From assembly GCA_040285825.1 (NCBI GenBank), contig JAUPSS010000002.1:3286001-3350000 (forward strand): a DNA stretch of 64,000 bases, read 5' to 3'. Made by a program: the position numbers and the translations under genes. Shown here piece after piece: positions 61,653 through 64,000 of this stretch; the stretch's first letter is position 1, and each line of letters opens with the position of its first letter. Under the pieces are notes generated by a model. The model searched no databases. It was not told where the DNA came from and saw only the letters and a list, made by a program, of their open reading frames with translations. The DNA is from Eukaryota sp. TZLM1-RC (taxonomy: Eukaryota > Protista > Metamonada: BaSk clade).

Positions 61653-64000
61653 TTGCCTTTTCCTCTCTTTCGAGCGACGAGCCCTGGAAGCTCTAGTCAC
61701 AGGAGGTGAACTAATGGAAATATGACGCTTCTTGGGAGGAGCGGATTTAGAACGGCGACGTGCTTTTGAAGTGTTGATAAAGTCTTTATACGCGGCAGTA
61801 TTTTGGACTGTAGACACATGCTCAGTGGTGATCTCCTTTCCTGGCCATTGCACTTGGCAAAAGTCACCTTCCTGACTGAGCACTTTTTCAATGATGTGTT
61901 CTTCGACATCACCTGCAGCGACCCAGGAGTGGAACTCATCGTTGGTGGGCAAGCTGGAGTGCCAGGGAGCTAAGTGTTTGACGCTAGCTTGGACAATCGT
62001 ACCTGTGCAGAGGTTCTTGATATTCACAGACGAATTGGATACGATTTCAGTAATTAGGAAGGGTCCTAAATAGTCTCCATGAAGCTTAGCGGAAGAGCCA
62101 GATGCTCTCAATACCAATTGACCAACTTCAAAAGGGTTTGGAGTTGACGATCTAGTTAGCTTGGAAGCTTTGGAAGCTTGATGGTGTGCTGCCTTTTCCT
62201 GTTTCTCTTTCAATCTTCGAAATTTAGATTGAATTTCTTGAATAAAAGATGACTCAGACGTCGAGCTTTCAATGATTTCAAGAATTTTGCCAGGGTCTGA
62301 TCTGGGGGACACATCTGAGCCAAAGATCACTTAATGTGGGGTGTGGTTGGTTATTGAGCTCTTGGAAGAGTTAATCAATAATTGTACATAAGGCAAGTAT
62401 TCAGACCACACATCCTAGGCATTGAAGTCTACGAGCAATTTCCGTAGGTTTTGCAGGATGTCTCTGTGTCGGCGCTCTACCAGGCCGTTGGACGGAGAAA
62501 ATCTAGGTATTGACTTTGACACCTCTATGCCCAAAAATTTGCTTAATTCGTCAGAGACAGCCTTGGAAAATTCGCGTCCATTATCGATGTGGATTTGAAA
62601 TGGAATACCAAAGATGGCACAGACTTTCCAAATTAATGCATCTGCAGTAAGATTGGCATTTATCTCTTTTAAAGGCACGATGATCGTGAACCTAGAGAAG
62701 CTGTCAATAAATACGAGGATGTATTTGTAGCCTTCTTGATCTTCTAAAAGAGGACCAATAACGTCGGCGTTGACGCGAGCAAAAGGTCTGTCAGCCCACA
62801 ATGAACCGGTTGGGGGAACGTGCAGTTTGGGAACTGGCTTTGTTTTCTGACAGGAGGGGCATTCTTGGACGTGCTTATTCATGTCGGTGAGCATGTTTGG
62901 CCACCAATAATCGCTGTTCCTGAGCTTTTTCAGGCTTTCAGCTTTGCTTGGATGGCCTCCTTGCAGAAGTCCATGCAACAAGTTAAGGGTGTCCTTAATC
63001 AGTGATTTGGGAATCACTATCTTGTTGTCGTGCGTCATATATAAATCAAGATGATTGTTATGAACACAGTTGTTGAAAGAGGGGTCTTTGGAAGCTATGG
63101 CAAGCTTCTGTTCGGACCTAATCCTACAGAGCCATGGCTCGAAAATAGGCAGGTCGTTGGAACATCGTTCTCTGATGACCATGATACGTTCGAAGTTGTT
63201 TAAGTCTTCGATGTAGTATCTTTCATTTTCTGTTCCATCAATTTTATCAATGTAAAATATTGGATGAAAATTTGGAGGCATTTGATGGGACAAATGATTG
63301 ATCTCTTGATGGTCTATAGGCGGAACTATTCGAGACAACATATCAGCCCAGAAGTTATCTTCCCCTTTGGTATGTACCAAATCAAAGCAGAATTCAGAGA
63401 ATATGGGTAAGCATCTTGTTACAATTCTGTTCCTCTCAGGAGCCGTGAACATGTAGGTAAGGTTTTGATGGTCTGTGAATATAACCAGTTTCCTTCCTTT
63501 CAAGTAGTTTTCAAAACCACTTTGAGTTAACATGAGTAGGATAGCATTGAGTTCCTTTTGCTTTGTCGGCCAGTTCTTTTGCGAGTTGGTTAACAACCGG
63601 CTGAAGAAGCTGATAGGCCTACATTTCCTGTTGATCAGGGAGGTACCGGGGTCGTCGACTTGTTCGATTTGTTCCCATATGACGCCGCCTACAGCAATGT
63701 CGAATGCATCGCAAGTAATTAAAATTTGGATTTCCAGCGGAGGTAAGCTGAGCGGCATGTGCTTCGCTATCAGTTGTTTGATCTTTTGAAGGAGTCCGTC
63801 GTGCATGTCGGTCCATTGAAGGCGTTGCGCGCGGGGTTTGGGTTTAACTTTGGAGTTATTTCCATCCTTCTTAGTCAATCTGATGATAGGAGCGATGAGC
63901 TCAGATACCTGAGGAAGCCATTCTCTAATGAAGTTGACTGATCCTACGATGCTGCGGACGTCTTTGATTGTCTTTGGTCTAGGTAGATTCAGCAAAGATT
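61497..64000 (-). mobile_element. Ty3/gypsy family 2, 3' part (RT end, RNase H, integrase, chromodomain-like, 3' LTR); continues beyond the window
   Basis: TCDAFDIAVGG, KELNAI, TDH, HHCC, D..D..E, YLGPF, HIIEKVL..CQVQW. In-frame stops at 62415 and 62331. Confidence 0.93.

Noticed and set aside
447-63941. Many 60-130 aa antisense or alternate-frame ORFs over genes and pol regions
   Set aside because: They are shadows of real coding sequence with no independent motifs.

Overview
AT-rich eukaryotic nuclear DNA using the standard genetic code. It most likely comes from a flagellated protist (WDR17, CEP41 and enkurin domains; the intron style resembles metamonads, which is inference only). Host content is about 10 compact protein genes plus one tRNA-Arg(ACG). 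The genes are RPT1/PSMC2, UTP18, PWP2, a Nup50/Nup2-like protein, EFR3, an apparent CEP41-enkurin/ENKD1 fusion, an ankyrin protein, a two-TM membrane protein, WDR17 and one hypothetical. They sit among dense nested mobile DNA: about 20 fragments from several families of CRE-like (RT plus restriction-like endonuclease) non-LTR retrotransposons, three Ty3/gypsy elements with C-terminal chromodomain-like segments, and a truncated hAT transposon. One gypsy is full length, with identical 106-bp LTRs and a 4-bp TSD. Main observations: (1) the CRE-like elements behave like L1, with dispersed targets, 5' truncation, variable TSDs, a 19-nt tail-only insertion and a clear twin-priming-type 5' inversion; (2) the full-length gypsy has no tRNA-type PBS but a palindrome at that position, plus an extra ORF starting inside the LTR; (3) all six inferred introns are 27-35 nt with an invariant A at -7; (4) a CEP41-enkurin fusion; (5) two UTP-B subunit genes lie side by side. 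Gene and family calls come from motif recognition without database searches, family letters (A, B, D, E, X) are my own labels, and edges of degraded elements are approximate.
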